DNA of 54,098 nucleotides, filler included, from Dimargaris cristalligena (GCA_003614675.1; 3 parts of 3 records of this genome joined end to end with filler, not necessarily neighbours in it), one strand, 5' to 3'; counted from the first letter of the whole stretch, positions 10,701-17,968 are shown. Program-made: numbers and translations. The notes: generated from the letters alone by a model not told the origin.

Positions 10701-13399
10701 AGAATGTCGTGGTGGTTGGCCAGGGTCACAAAGGCATCGGAAATGGCCGCCAATGATAAATTGGCTTTGGGGTTTATATTCAACGTAAACGACTGGTTAA
10801 AGTGGTGGGGGTTACGAAGACCAATGGCACTGAACCAGCACTGGATAGGTGTCAAGGCCACCTCGCCTAGGATTTGTTCCTGGTAGGTGGCATAGGCATT
10901 GGCTTGGTGACTAGAGGTCCTTTCAGTGTGCCGGGCCAACTGTCGGAGTTCTGGGTACTGGTAGATTAATGGTACGGTTAGTTGATATCCAATCCGGCGA
11001 CCCTTGGACACGAGTAAAATGGCCGAAATAGAGTCACCACCGATTTGGAAAAAGTGGTCAGTAGTACTGATGCGGTCGGGGTCTAAGTGTAGGACCTGGG
11101 CCCAGATCCGGCAAAGGTCATGTTCGGAATCAGATTGGGGAACAATAACTTCGGACATCGTGGAGTCGGCGCTAGTTGGGCTGGTCAGTAAATGGTCGAT
11201 TGGGGGTAAAGACCTGCGGTCCAATTTACCGCTGGCTGTGGTTTTAAATTCCGTGACAAGCACTACTAGGCCAGGTACCATCTGCTTAGACAACCGCTCC
11301 TTTAGATAGCTCAGCAGGGCCAGCTGGTCCAAGTCCGCAGGGCTAGCGTAAAGCACCAGGGTGTCCTGTTTTACTGACGCCACGCATTGCTTGAGATCTG
11401 GAAAGTGGCTACTAACCGACTCAATTTCTTCGAGCTCGATGCGATACCCGCGCAGCTTGACCTGGTTATCGATACGGCCCAGGAAGTCGATTGTGCCATT
11501 AGCCAACCAACGGGCCTGGTCCCCGGTCCGGTATACCCGACCCGGTCCGTAGGGATTGGGAATGAATTTGGTTTGGGTAAGTTCCGGGAGGTTTTGGTAG
11601 CCTCGGGCTAAACCAATCCCACCAATGAGAAGCTCGCCGGGAACTCCGACAGGTACTAATTGAAGCTGGTCATCCACGATGAAACAAAAAGTGTTGTGTA
11701 TGGGCCGACCAATGGTAATGTCATCGTCAGAACCGATTTCAATCGAATGGCTGTAGATTGTCGCTTCCGAGGGCCCGTAATAGTTAATCATGTGGCACCG
11801 GTGAGCCCAGTTTGCCTGAATTTCGGGAGTGATGGGCTCGCCAGCCATCCCAATTAACTCCAGATTGGGGTAGTCATTAGGGTCGAGGCGGGCCACAAAT
11901 GAGGGAACAAATGACCCGCTAGTGAGAGTGCGCATGTCTTCCAGGATATTATCACCGGGGACCACCAGTGTACCTCCGTGACATAGGGTGCGTAAGGTGT
12001 CGACCAAGAAGGCGTCAAAGATCACAGACATGCCCTGAATGGTCCGTTTACCTGGCCCAAAGTGGTCCGCTAGATAAGGGTCGGTAATCAGACTTGCTAC
12101 CCCACTATGTTCCACCAAAACCCCTTTGGGGCGACCCGTCGTACCTGACGTGTAGATCATATAGGCCAGATCGCTTGATTTTGACGGATATGGGGTAAAT
12201 GAAGAAATCTCGGGGATTTTGGAGTGTTCAAGGTAGGAATCTACAATAAGAGCTGTTGCAGTCGACTCGGCCGGCAGGCGGTCATAGGTGGTGCTGGTGG
12301 CAATAACCATGAGTGCGCCACTATCCTCGAATATGTACCGAATACGTTCAATCGGATATTCGGGGTCAATGGGAACATAGGCGGCACCCGACTTGAAAAT
12401 CGCCAGCATGGTGATGTTGAAGGCAGCGGACTTGGGTATGAAGATGGCAAATCGCATCTCAGGTTGGGCTCCATATTCGTCCACCAACACTCGGGCGAGA
12501 TTGGAAGTAACCCGGTCCAGTTTGGAGTAGGTCCATTCATCGGGGCCATAAGCCAGGGCCAGATGGTGGGGGTAGCGCTGGGCACACTGACTGAACAGGC
12601 AATGGGCGGGTAGCCCAACTGTTTGGACAGGCTCATTCATGCGAGAGAACTCCATCAGGCGGGCTCGTTCATTGGCGCTGACCCAGGGAATATCACGCAC
12701 CAAGACAGGCTGGTCTCGGCCCAGGGCCTCCACTACGGACGACAAAACAGTGACCAGTTGGAGGGCAAACTCAGCTACAGCCGATCCACGGTATTGAGCT
12801 CGAGGATAGGTGACGGCGATTAGGACCTGATCATGATACCACTCGCAGCTAACCATGAGTCGGGCGGTTGTCTCAATCAACATCGCAGAAAAGGACGGGT
12901 CAGCATCGGATTCACCAGGCTGCCCAATATGTTCAGCTAGGGGGGACGTTGGTTGATGTTTACTTGGCCCAGCGTTGTCGACACGGAGAATGACTTCAGC
13001 CACCAGGTCGGTGGAGCTGGGCAAATGGTCTGACCTGGCCTCCTTCAGGATGGAAGAGTCGAGCGGGACATCCGGCTCTACCTGGGCAAGAACTAAGCGA
13101 AGTTGTTGACCGGCTGCTTCGCCTTTCTCAATTGGACCTGTCCATTGAGTGAAAGCGACGGCGGGCTGGCGGTAGTAGCGACTCAGGAGAAGTGCAAGGG
13201 CTATTTGGCAGGGTGGAGTGAGGTCAAGCTGTCTGCCTCCTAGCGAGGCCGGAAGAGGAAAGGGGTGCGACCAGTTGGCATAGCCTGTCACACATTGGCG
13301 GGGTTTGCCAAGAGGCAAGTCAGCCGCGGGCTGATAATCAACGGGAACCGTGGGCATACGAACGCGCGTGTTATCATTGGGGTCCACTGACGAATACAT
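1..13399 (-). CDS. Multimodular nonribosomal peptide synthetase, single exon, 3'-truncated at the window/contig edge (>=4,466 aa): C*-A1-T1-E1-C-A2(degenerate)-T2(degenerate)-C(degenerate)-A3-T3-E3-C-A4...
   Basis: Manual translation from ATG at 13399 (MYSSVDPNDNTRV...) stays in one frame with no stop found down to base 1. Motifs read: LAYMIYTSGTTGRPKG, YGPSE, YRTGD, GRIDNQVKLRGYRIELEEIE, FFQIGGDSI, HHVLVD, EGHGRE, RTVGWFT, HHSLCDGWS, LAYIVFTSGSTGLPKG, YGPTE, IGGDSI, HHLVVD, HHALIDGWS. Probably absent from the ORF track because it has no stop codon in the window. Confidence 0.96.
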   Translation of the reverse strand, partial: MYSSVDPNDNTRVRMPTVPVDYQPAADLPLGKPRQCVTGYANWSHPFPLPASLGGRQLDLTPPCQIALALLLSRYYRQPAVAFTQWTGPIEKGEAAGQQLRLVLAQVEPDVPLDSSILKEARSDHLPSSTDLVAEVILRVDNAGPSKHQPTSPLAEHIGQPGESDADPSFSAMLIETTARLMVSCEWYHDQVLIAVTYPRAQYRGSAVAEFALQLVTVLSSVVEALGRDQPVLVRDIPWVSANERARLMEFSRMNEPVQTVGLPAHCLFSQCAQRYPHHLALAYGPDEWTYSKLDRVTSNLARVLVDEYGAQPEMRFAIFIPKSAAFNITMLAIFKSGAAYVPIDPEYPIERIRYIFEDSGALMVIATSTTYDRLPAESTATALIVDSYLEHSKIPEISSFTPYPSKSSDLAYMIYTSGTTGRPKGVLVEHSGVASLITDPYLADHFGPGKRTIQGMSVIFDAFLVDTLRTLCHGGTLVVPGDNILEDMRTLTSGSFVPSFVARLDPNDYPNLELIGMAGEPITPEIQANWAHRCHMINYYGPSEATIYSHSIEIGSDDDITIGRPIHNTFCFIVDDQLQLVPVGVPGELLIGGIGLARGYQNLPELTQTKFIPNPYGPGRVYRTGDQARWLANGTIDFLGRIDNQVKLRGYRIELEEIESVSSHFPDLKQCVASVKQDTLVLYASPADLDQLALLSYLKERLSKQMVPGLVVLVTEFKTTASGKLDRRSLPPIDHLLTSPTSADSTMSEVIVPQSDSEHDLCRIWAQVLHLDPDRISTTDHFFQIGGDSISAILLVSKGRRIGYQLTVPLIYQYPELRQLARHTERTSSHQANAYATYQEQILGEVALTPIQCWFSAIGLRNPHHFNQSFTLNINPKANLSLAAISDAFVTLANHHDILRARFEPSNGDQLWVQAIPTAKAFPTDFLVFEETVSSENYTNFILRVQSSLNLITGPVLAVALIHDSDSSSPSRLFITIHHVLVDLVAWRILIEDLNTLLRGASLPPKALPFQVWASQLDDYAATLSADIWPTQVDPDKPIPNIYDFLPPPELDGTGSQAARLSTSFEFGSESTHSLLFQLAPQLRVTPRDLLLATFTQAFTTTIGLDQVTFCMEGHGREPWLSNQDITRTVGWFTSLYPLVLRVRPGQPLLDLLRHTKEALQQIPMKGFPYSLLKYMPGVSVEERVKLEAKTPTRLDVQFNYFGRFSNTGGDLSDDLLSIEWSDYFGLHDFAPQDKVIYDINPMPTVVGDCLRLIMEYNPLVYRRSIVDEIMVQWRRSLVQLANDINQPRSISVEPLLTRFDFTHLQLSASEFQDIIDEFHRRRIPLDQVEDLFPCIALQGGLLTGLSTDATAYLVQIAVKFNGPLNAGRLLQAWQAVVQQHAPLRTVFLESSSKQSQGYIQAVLRSCPTTWTVSDQPLKSLDEFLVQNRQRGFTLQEHMFRNYVFPTTDSQVHDTVITFHHSLCDGWSLPLLFQAWMEAYHHPNLETSSPLAPFPSIIQCVSQFNPEPAESFWSDYLKDAPKSPAPLLSPGYIGSPGWTTYLTSVDLSKTQLTQCSQRFGVTLATLFRAAYALVLGYLLDQDEVVFGVTLSGRNLNLPGIDQTIGPCTNTLPSRVRLDHHLMADWLKAVHQGQVAMIPFEHSVLTDISKWASTDQSGPLFQTILGFENFPVPVANPAHSLVLCDLHIHEFTEYPLAIDFIDSSNGIKAKVFYDTSIYSERSVSQVVDMIQCVLTQILAADMSTPMDQLELGNTPANCHLHVDQESRSPTIVPARPLLKDIWNGSLLEKPDSLAYISASRSLSYSQLDKLADSLAAQSSQSGLLPHPTVVAVVDSVEQLLICLVSAIKLGARLLPRASPYTIGQLSACSKAIGAQIVWLPSTDIEHVRPYLDSDIAMVGIPDSIDQKISETRVTRRFKQPTDLQDPSLVFASRSSSADPVVSSIDGPRIQYTLASTWPFIDSKRQYTLDDSLALDSPQAVWFTLSCLTLQAIISTLDPSTHDNARSSPCHVLTVGALTHCSAVGDRLVLWDLNEDAWPHVESLVKSTDTCLAFIKSTFHGHRRITLEQLASRSLPIVDKPSNDGYALNVLGKHGHLCPPGVVGRLAFLGTSFPYCSAPLLQSVLGYRDTAGFVHILGPVSQRVAIKHRQVHLGTLVRALSEASAQYPLCMVLSDDRLVVLVSNTTEAELIRLKSIMVPPAIPATLVPDEIISASAFPHVAELDDQLLPHFAQAYLATVTARSSQSLSEYEWWLMVVVNELYASSDHSSVASSDTKLLMSTSKVPLAQLDLIQYRIRQKFGITVGLDELVKHTEIRILASIIKGIIKRGVDEHSLDFTIEATDISPPNSSPLYTHAKSVTSHQQRVWSLSRLGNPSSVFYHQCTITFTISLQLAEVQRSIDHLTTVFESLRCRFLSVRGALTCNVLPRVPVGVTEHQFTSSQVFNGDQLDVNAPQFDLNQGVLAQLDLYQLPTGTADNNSSVIVIRVHEIFGSAREFEEIVRALTYKLVGHSPSLPDVQCTKSCDTSEPTKSELNYWKTLLQNLPAELALPTDRPRPLVPSFFCSLAETGVEGQLFEAIQVQASNESVKEYAIWSSLFATFLLRLTGKTDLIVDISSPAVKNSGASADIEASLALGQPLRVKGDLSLDFPELIGQLTRQIEDSQLHAIPSMDILVTHLSLEGQHRVSGLSCISLVFHYPLGPGDNYTSVRCTRPRLPRTMFPYDLQLVFDCHNRTPMCQLRFNQVLFNDDTANRLLHNFLTYAHSVVVDHQPWSTALLVCPAETSLILGKFALGPPNSVTRDNPHLSVLDLFSEMVQKYPNRVATEISNETYTYAQLSQRVFGLVERLQRANVKPRDKMGVIVANHPDAVMCMLAVWGVGAVYVPVDHKLPTARQKYIVDTAGCTCIVNASGVDAEWCEVINIDDLAKSIESTTTASSLHPIQPTDLAYIVFTSGSTGLPKGVMVEHRSLLNILTSPTLEMLQQPGTRTMNGMAAGFDVFFLNTLLPLCFGSTLVFYGDDLPGTLKTVQQTILLPSIISTLNPHDYTNLNSLLVGGEHLPRELANQWSAVTAFHNVYGPTEAAIACLMTEVPPSGCVPIGRPMADYECYILDENLRLVPIGAVGEICIGGIGVALGYINQPDLTLAKFVDNSFTGRGKIYRTGDLGRWLPDGQVVCLGRMDSQVKLRGFRIELDEIRSVLMRQPGVQDCAIFVRDRFLVGYVFPDFVGSEDTLRASVADQLPSYMVPSYILSLPNVPLTNNGKCDTQFLQNHFAEYLTTHRQQLLLLDNLSERDQPLTILMQSLGEVLGLPLNQINLDLTFVKIGGDSISAIQVSSKCRQLGFTLPTAALLGSGPLRDAAKKMHLISSAGNITSQFQPVEYHAKFPLTPIQQWFFDHPWSNPNHFNQSFALELSRPLTAAELTSALLRLINGNDMLRSQFTRDPTGNPGQWSQKIVPPFVELPIPIVELGTSVSDLSGQLLTIQASLDITKGYHLAAGLFTLSDDDSNASASETSHSATISQPFKGQLLFLTIHHLVVDLVSWSILLEDLAKLLDGQSPVPQPISFATWATELINWAKLTMPDIEGDLPPTTQPVSFLPFTGPDCLAFNIQANSQCQSIILDPVLSDALLQPDSTRIQPLELMLAGLFQALHCISQAPTITVFNESHGRHPWQPSLDPGRTVGWFTSMAPCQAQVNTETKPLDFLKQAKQTLRSLTGTCGLQHGLQQVLRRSQGGLSNGQPLSPMEVCFNYLGNTTNGGALTMHGRAPWVVRPELTSDLAVCDSNELRTQVLEVIGLPTPNGLKFMVIYCPHVIATYVVETLLNHFRDSLSNMVQLLDVTPAPSVWTPSDFTDLQATLPELAKLEAELITVGLSENDVEALYPMLPMQQGMWTATAKDPSEYLVQMSFTVNGVSNFDQLRLATKAVISQHVILRTVFLTSWSNPHCQGVQVVVREPRFGWHVVNEWSDFDASSEEHFLQVNLARGFKSNEPLLRIYVKQLTPSSFRYLLTIHHALIDGWSIGILLDQLRSHLQGNLEQSPTTTTSFHDYVAYIQNSNQAGAETFWREYLKGVEQPTELSLPKPPSIHGHGKGELFFVLFPDAILVHRVARLADITPYTLIKAAWSLLLSRYTDQSDVVFGNTVSGRALPLPGIESLLGCFINTVPFRVSLKYEMSVIELVTMIHRDSQKMVPFEHLHLSKINEWTNTDVRPSNMFNSLLVYENYPDTGLDNLNHSVTFTDTAVLESTDYPLAVITQVEHGQLTVNLNWISSTFDKCYIENLSHHLIALFSGLVSTLANSDGQVSTKGLTMLSSSEKALVTEQLTRPYLAIDCEICVPELFTRTAHSVPGAPAVEFNNLQWSYQDLYSRSRNLARHILLQGIKRETPIGLIIDRVPSTIAAYMGVGLAGAAIVPIDPTFPSDRIHYMVDDCGIQLILTNTADQVRLDAIRQALPNVEFQAIDSWLSPP
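1880..3520 (-). other. NRPS T3 carrier domain plus epimerization domain E3; boundaries approximate
   Basis: FVKIGGDSISA (~3410-3445); LTPIQQWF, HHLVVDLVSW (~2774-2803), ESHGRH, RTVGWFT, FNYLG. Confidence 0.9.
3590..5000 (-). other. NRPS adenylation domain A3 (intact); boundaries approximate
   Basis: YTYAQL, GAVYVPVD, YIVFTSGSTGLPKG (~4517-4560), FDVF, NVYGPTE, GEICIGG, YRTGD, GRMDSQVKLRGFRIEL, LPSYMVP, NGKCD. Confidence 0.93.
5110..8080 (-). other. Degenerate A-T-C tridomain (pseudo-module) kept in frame inside the NRPS; boundaries approximate
   Basis: A remnants LSYSQL, IKLGARLLP, CPPGVVGRL, GYRDTAGFVHILG...RQVHLGTL, but no TSGxTGxPKG, YGPTE, TGD or A10 Lys. T-like segment without GGxS. 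C-like segment with VHEIFGS in place of HHxxxDG but retaining YWKTLL...LPTDRPRP. Confidence 0.8.
8180..9420 (-). other. NRPS condensation domain after E1 (positionally DCL), intact; boundaries approximate
   Basis: LQGGLL, LRTVF, HHSLCDGWS (~8993-9019), VVFGVTLSGR, GPCTNTLP, FENFP, TEYPL. Confidence 0.9.
9560..11130 (-). other. NRPS T1 carrier domain plus epimerization domain E1; boundaries approximate
   Basis: DHFFQIGGDSISA (~11025-11060); LTPIQCWF, HHVLVDLVAW (~10436-10465), EGHGRE, RTVGWFT, FNYFG. Confidence 0.92.
11200..12610 (-). other. NRPS adenylation domain A1 (intact); boundaries approximate
   Basis: WTYSKL, KSGAAYVPID, YTSGTTGRPKG (~12121-12160), FDAF, NYYGPSE, GELLIGGIGLARGY, YRTGD, SGKLD. 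Confidence 0.93.
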
Positions 13400-13558
13400 A
13401 ATAGAACAACGTGAATTGGGGTTGTCGATAAATATGAAATGGATTGCTAAGAGAAACTAAGGGCTAAATCGGACAGCTAATGAGTAAGGCGGTTGATCAA
13501 TACTAGAATAAATGTATTGGGCTATAAGTAAATTAAACACATTGGCGATGCTCTACAC

Positions 13559-13566
13559 TTTATATA
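13559..13566 (-). promoter_or_regulatory. Candidate TATA box of the NRPS gene
   Basis: TATATAAA on the minus strand ~160 bp upstream of the NRPS ATG. Confidence 0.35.
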
Positions 13567-13993
13567 CACATGCTATTATTATAATAGCCCAAAAAAATGC
13601 TGCTCACCACTCAACTGGGAGGCAGAGTGTAAAGAGCCTCACCAAATGATGTGGACTTGGTGGGAGTGGTATGAATTCGTCATCGCTTACAGATATGTTC
13701 ATATCAACGCAGATACTGGGCAAGTGATTTCATTATGTATCGGTTAGCTGAAGCCGATTGGGCATAACAACTAGTCATACGTGCAGTTCCGCATCATATC
13801 CGCCCTGTGGACAACAAGACAGAATTACAACTGACTGTCTAGCGGTTCGAAATACCCGCCTACCAAGACGGAAGATTATAAATGAGTGACCCTAATGGCC
13901 TGGATACAAGTATCCTGTATGTGTGATTCATACCCGGTGCAGGTCGGCATGAGGATTCCCCCTGAATGCTTGGAAGTGGGAGATCATAGCTAT

Positions 13994-14370
13994 TGTAACG
14001 ATATAAGAGTTAAGAGAAAACCTCACTACGTTCAGCGTCAATGTTGGAGTTGAGTCAAGGGTTTATTCGAGGTTTTTAAATAAGATAAGTAAAAGTAATC
14101 AAACAGGTAAAAGAACTGTAAATATGATGGTGTGAATTGTCGGGGATGATGGTGATAGGTCTTACTCGACGTCCATTGAGAACGTTCGTTATACAGTATT
14201 GATGTGGTTGTTTGGGCCGGGATGTAAATATGGCGTGCTGTAGTAAAGCCAGGATACCCCGGAAGAATGTAAGTCATTAACAGCTCAGGCTATTGAATAA
14301 TAATAGAGGAGATGCAGAGAGACACGTCAATAATTGATTGTATGTTATACATGTAACGTGAAACGTCACA
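13994..14370 (-). mobile_element. Solo LTR (377 bp) with 5-bp target-site duplication GCTAT
   Basis: Starts TGTAACG and ends CGTCACA (near-perfect inverted termini). GCTAT flanks it at 13989-13993 and 14371-14375. AATAAA on the minus strand near 14062-14067 suggests orientation. Confidence 0.75.
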
Positions 14371-15023
14371 GCTATGTTAAGTTGCCACTTGAACTTGTGG
14401 GGAATAATCTCCTTTTGAGAAGCATTAATCCTACTGTTGAATAGTGCCTCCGCATTACTCCCAGATACTTAGACTAGTACTTTTTTCTGATTGAGTCAGT
14501 AAGTACACCAGCCAGCCTGCAACCGCTAAGAGGGACGGCCGACCTAGGACGAAACCCATCGTTTGAATTTCTGCACCATGGCCGCCTACCAAGCGGGGCG
14601 CGAACAGATTCCAACCCGATTGAGCCCAATGAGCAAACCTAGAGCATAAAACCTAATGGATCTACCATAACCCCGGGACCCTCGTGTCTTAATAAACTAA
14701 TAATTTATACTTTACATCTAAATTAGTGCCTACCCGATTTCCCCCCTCGGACCCTACTACACGGTTAACCACCGCCCCCTACCGGTCCCCCTCGACCGCT
14801 ACGTTATAAACCGTTTGCATTCCCACTTTGGCCAGGTTTTTTTTGTGTCTGCTTGCCTTATTTTTTACTTACTTCTCACACGCTTCGACTATATTGTTTC
14901 AATTTTCTAGCACTGGCTCTCTGCCCTGGTCATTGTTTGCGGCTCGATGTTGTTTACCTATGGCCGTTTTATAATACTTTACAGGTATTTATAATACTTC
15001 TTGCCTATGGGATATATGTATAC

Positions 15024-15573
15024 TGTGGGGGGGGGGGGCTTGGGCGGGCCTTATTTAGTGGCTTAGTTATTAGAAAGAACAAACCAGCACCGCTGTTGCT
15101 AATATTATGCCAATCCCAACGCAGCTAATTAACGCCAGAACTCATAGACAAGGTATATCCTCTAACTTATGTTTACATTTACGTTTACGTTTACTACGAC
15201 AAATGTTATTGATGCGTATATAGCCTGTAGGGCAGTGGGGGTACAGGGTCTTTGTGGGGAGCTCGGGAGGGACACGGGCACAGGGCGGAAGGGTTTCCTG
15301 CTACCAATAAAATGGGGATAGATGTAATATGGAATAGTAAATATGCTCGGAAAGACACTAAAAACACTAATAAGACTTGGGTAAATGCTAGGAAATTCGG
15401 GTAAACACTAATAGGCTCGGAAAACACTAATGGAACTCAAGAAACTCAAATAGCTCAATAACTCGATAATAACTCAGATAACTCTGGTAAATACTCGGAA
15501 AATACTCAAAAGGCTCTGGAAACACTAGAAAAGATACTCGGGACAGGAACTCGTTTTCCTGGAGACGTTCACA
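15024..15573 (-). repeat. LTR-like relic with an internal degenerate tandem array (ACTCGG/AAACACTAATA-type units, ~15340-15545)
   Basis: TG...CA-like ends (TGTGG / TTCACA), short imperfect repeats, TATA-like CTATATA on the minus strand near 15217-15223; no TSD found. Confidence 0.3.
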
Positions 15574-16384
15574 TAAAATTGGACTCATTTTATTAATGGG
15601 TTGGAACGACTGACGCTATTTATACAACGGCAGTGAGCGAGATGCAAGTAGCGAGTTATAGCAATTTAGCAATGGAGACCAGATGTTAGATATGGCGGAT
15701 TCGTTAGTAAATGACCGCAGCACAAGGGAAATATGAAATGAATGGAACCATCAGAGTTCCGTCATCAATTTGGAAGACGAAATAACCGGGTTAAACCAGT
15801 AGCGACTAGGGTGGGCCCATGTCTAATCCAGTTTGACATACATGCCGCGGACCGCAGCGGAATTTCCAAGTAAAAATTGAGGCCGAAATAGTAAATACGT
15901 TTCAGTTATGATTATACTAAGGGGGCCGATGATTACCATAGGTCTATCAAGCGGGATGACTAAATGCTTAAAATAAGTAGAATTCGACCCAGAAATATGA
16001 GGAAACGCATGATATATATATGGGAAAATAGGTTGGTGATAATATTTCAGACAGCAATATTCGCCCCATCCAACGGATTTTTAGTCATAGCCTAGTTGGA
16101 CCTCTCCTGAATGATTTTTAATTAAAATATGTCGGAATCCAGATAGCGGGCGCTATATTTTTTATTATACCCTGGGTTCTTTTACAGGGCCGATTGTGTT
16201 AGTAACCATTTACTGTTATTTCGGCGGCGCATTCTCGCTGGTAAAGCCAAATGGGCCACCGGCGGCTTTTGCGGTTGGCTTATTATTATACCGGTTTTTA
16301 CATTACAATACGACATTCTTGCCGCGACCTTATGCCTCTATTCGGAAAGTATGGAATTACTGGCATTCAACAACAGTGTCCTAT

Positions 16385-16998
16385 TGTTATATTATGCTTA
16401 ACCATTGATTACCGTACATTATGGGAATAAAATAACTATATAACCTGCCCAGTCCACCGCATCTGACCACGTATCAGTGTTTATTTCCCGACACCTATTA
16501 CCTGGCGGGCTGAATCATGCAATGCGATTACAATGAGTGCATGCGCCATTCTCTCCTTCTTTTTAAGTTAGCTTTGGACCGATATGCTGATATTACCTCT
16601 ATCCCGGCGGCTGAGGCAAATACAAGATCTCCACCGGTGGCTGAGACTAGCCCTGTCAATTGCGACGAGATAGTATCCTTACCAGAGGACAACATGGCCG
16701 AGAATCCAATGAACCAGGGCTCTGGTCATTCAGACACCCCGGTCATCGAAGAATGACGATCTCGCATATATATGATAGAGAACCTATTGCACGGAGTTCA
16801 CTGGATTACAAGGCTAGCACTTCAACCTCGACGCGATAGACTTTATCTGACTATATAAAGGGTATTCGGCCAGGAAAACTGATATCCTCTTAGTTTACTA
16901 GCGTTCATACCCTCTATTACTTTATTCACGCTATACATTCCAAATAAAAACCGCTCCTTACATTCGCTAGTCCAACATTGAGATTTAGAAGTTCTACA
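16385..16998 (+). mobile_element. Probable solo LTR (614 bp) with 5-bp TSD CCTAT
   Basis: TGTTA...CTACA flanked by CCTAT at 16380-16384 and 16999-17003; TATATAAA at ~16852 followed by AATAAA at ~16942, the U3-R-U5 order. Confidence 0.55.
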
Positions 16999-17968
16999 CC
17001 TATAGTCATCATTGAATGCATGTTCGATTAAGTATGATAAAATCAGACGAAGGCTTCTATAGGACCCTAAATAGACGTACCACGTTACAATATTTAAGGT
17101 ATTTTTAGGGAATCGTTAAGTAATACATAGGATCCATGTGCAGGTAATTGGGTCACAATTCATCAATACAGGGAGTCTGGCGGTGGGGGGGTATTGGGAT
17201 CTATAATGTGACATGGAAGCAGGAGACCAGAAGAAATGTGATGTATTACCCACAGTCCTATTTATTTCAACCCCTGGTCTTCAAAAAACTAGTTATAAAC
17301 CAGTATAGTGTACTAACCGAGGCCTAAATGCCTTGGTTGAGTGTGTTTTAACGCAGAGGGTTGGGGAACTACTTCTATTGCAACCACTGGCCCATGCCAA
17401 GCACTAAATACCTGGTTGGGGACCTTATTCCTCCAAACGAGAAATCACCGCCAGAGAGGTAGTCAAGTTATAGGTCCAATTTGCCTCATAATGAGAAGTG
17501 TGTTGCCAACGATTTGAGGGACTCTGCTGGTTTGCCTTTGGGAGAGTCGGCAGGAGGGGGAACCTCCGGTTTCTTTCCACTAGACGGCTCGCCATATTTC
17601 GTCATATAATGCGGAGTGTTGGACTTTGCTGGGTTCGAGGGGGTTGAGACCAAGGTGACCTTGGGGAAGTCGCCGCTGAGTTCCTGGTCGTCCATTGCGT
17701 CGTACGTTGTCGTCTCACGTCGCTGGTCGTTAAGAAAAATATAAAATATAAAAAACGTTATAAGAAAAACGTTATGATCAAACGGTGTAATCAATTTAGT
17801 ACTCGGGGATACCAAAACTTCGAACTGAATAGATGAAAATAATGAAGTAAAATAGAATTGGCAGTAATAATAATCAAAGTAAAACTGTGTAAAGGGTAAT
17901 CGTCGATATCGTTGGGTGAAGTTAAAACAGATATTTATTCATTTATCTCGAAACTAACTTGTCCCTTC

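Noticed and set aside
861-12823. Dozens of short ORFs in the track over 861-12823
   Set aside because: They are antisense or off-frame shadows of the single long NRPS reading frame.
15340-15545. Short repeated units resembling a CRISPR-like array
   Set aside because: Units are degenerate and irregular with no constant repeat and unique spacer pattern; the context is eukaryotic and LTR-like.
16517-16756. 79-aa ORF
   Set aside because: Lies inside the probable solo LTR 16385-16998 and has no recognisable motif.
17486-17815. 109-aa minus-strand ORF near the contig end
   Set aside because: Could be the last exon of a gene cut by the contig edge (acceptor-like ACGACCAG near 17723), but there is no recognisable domain to support a call.
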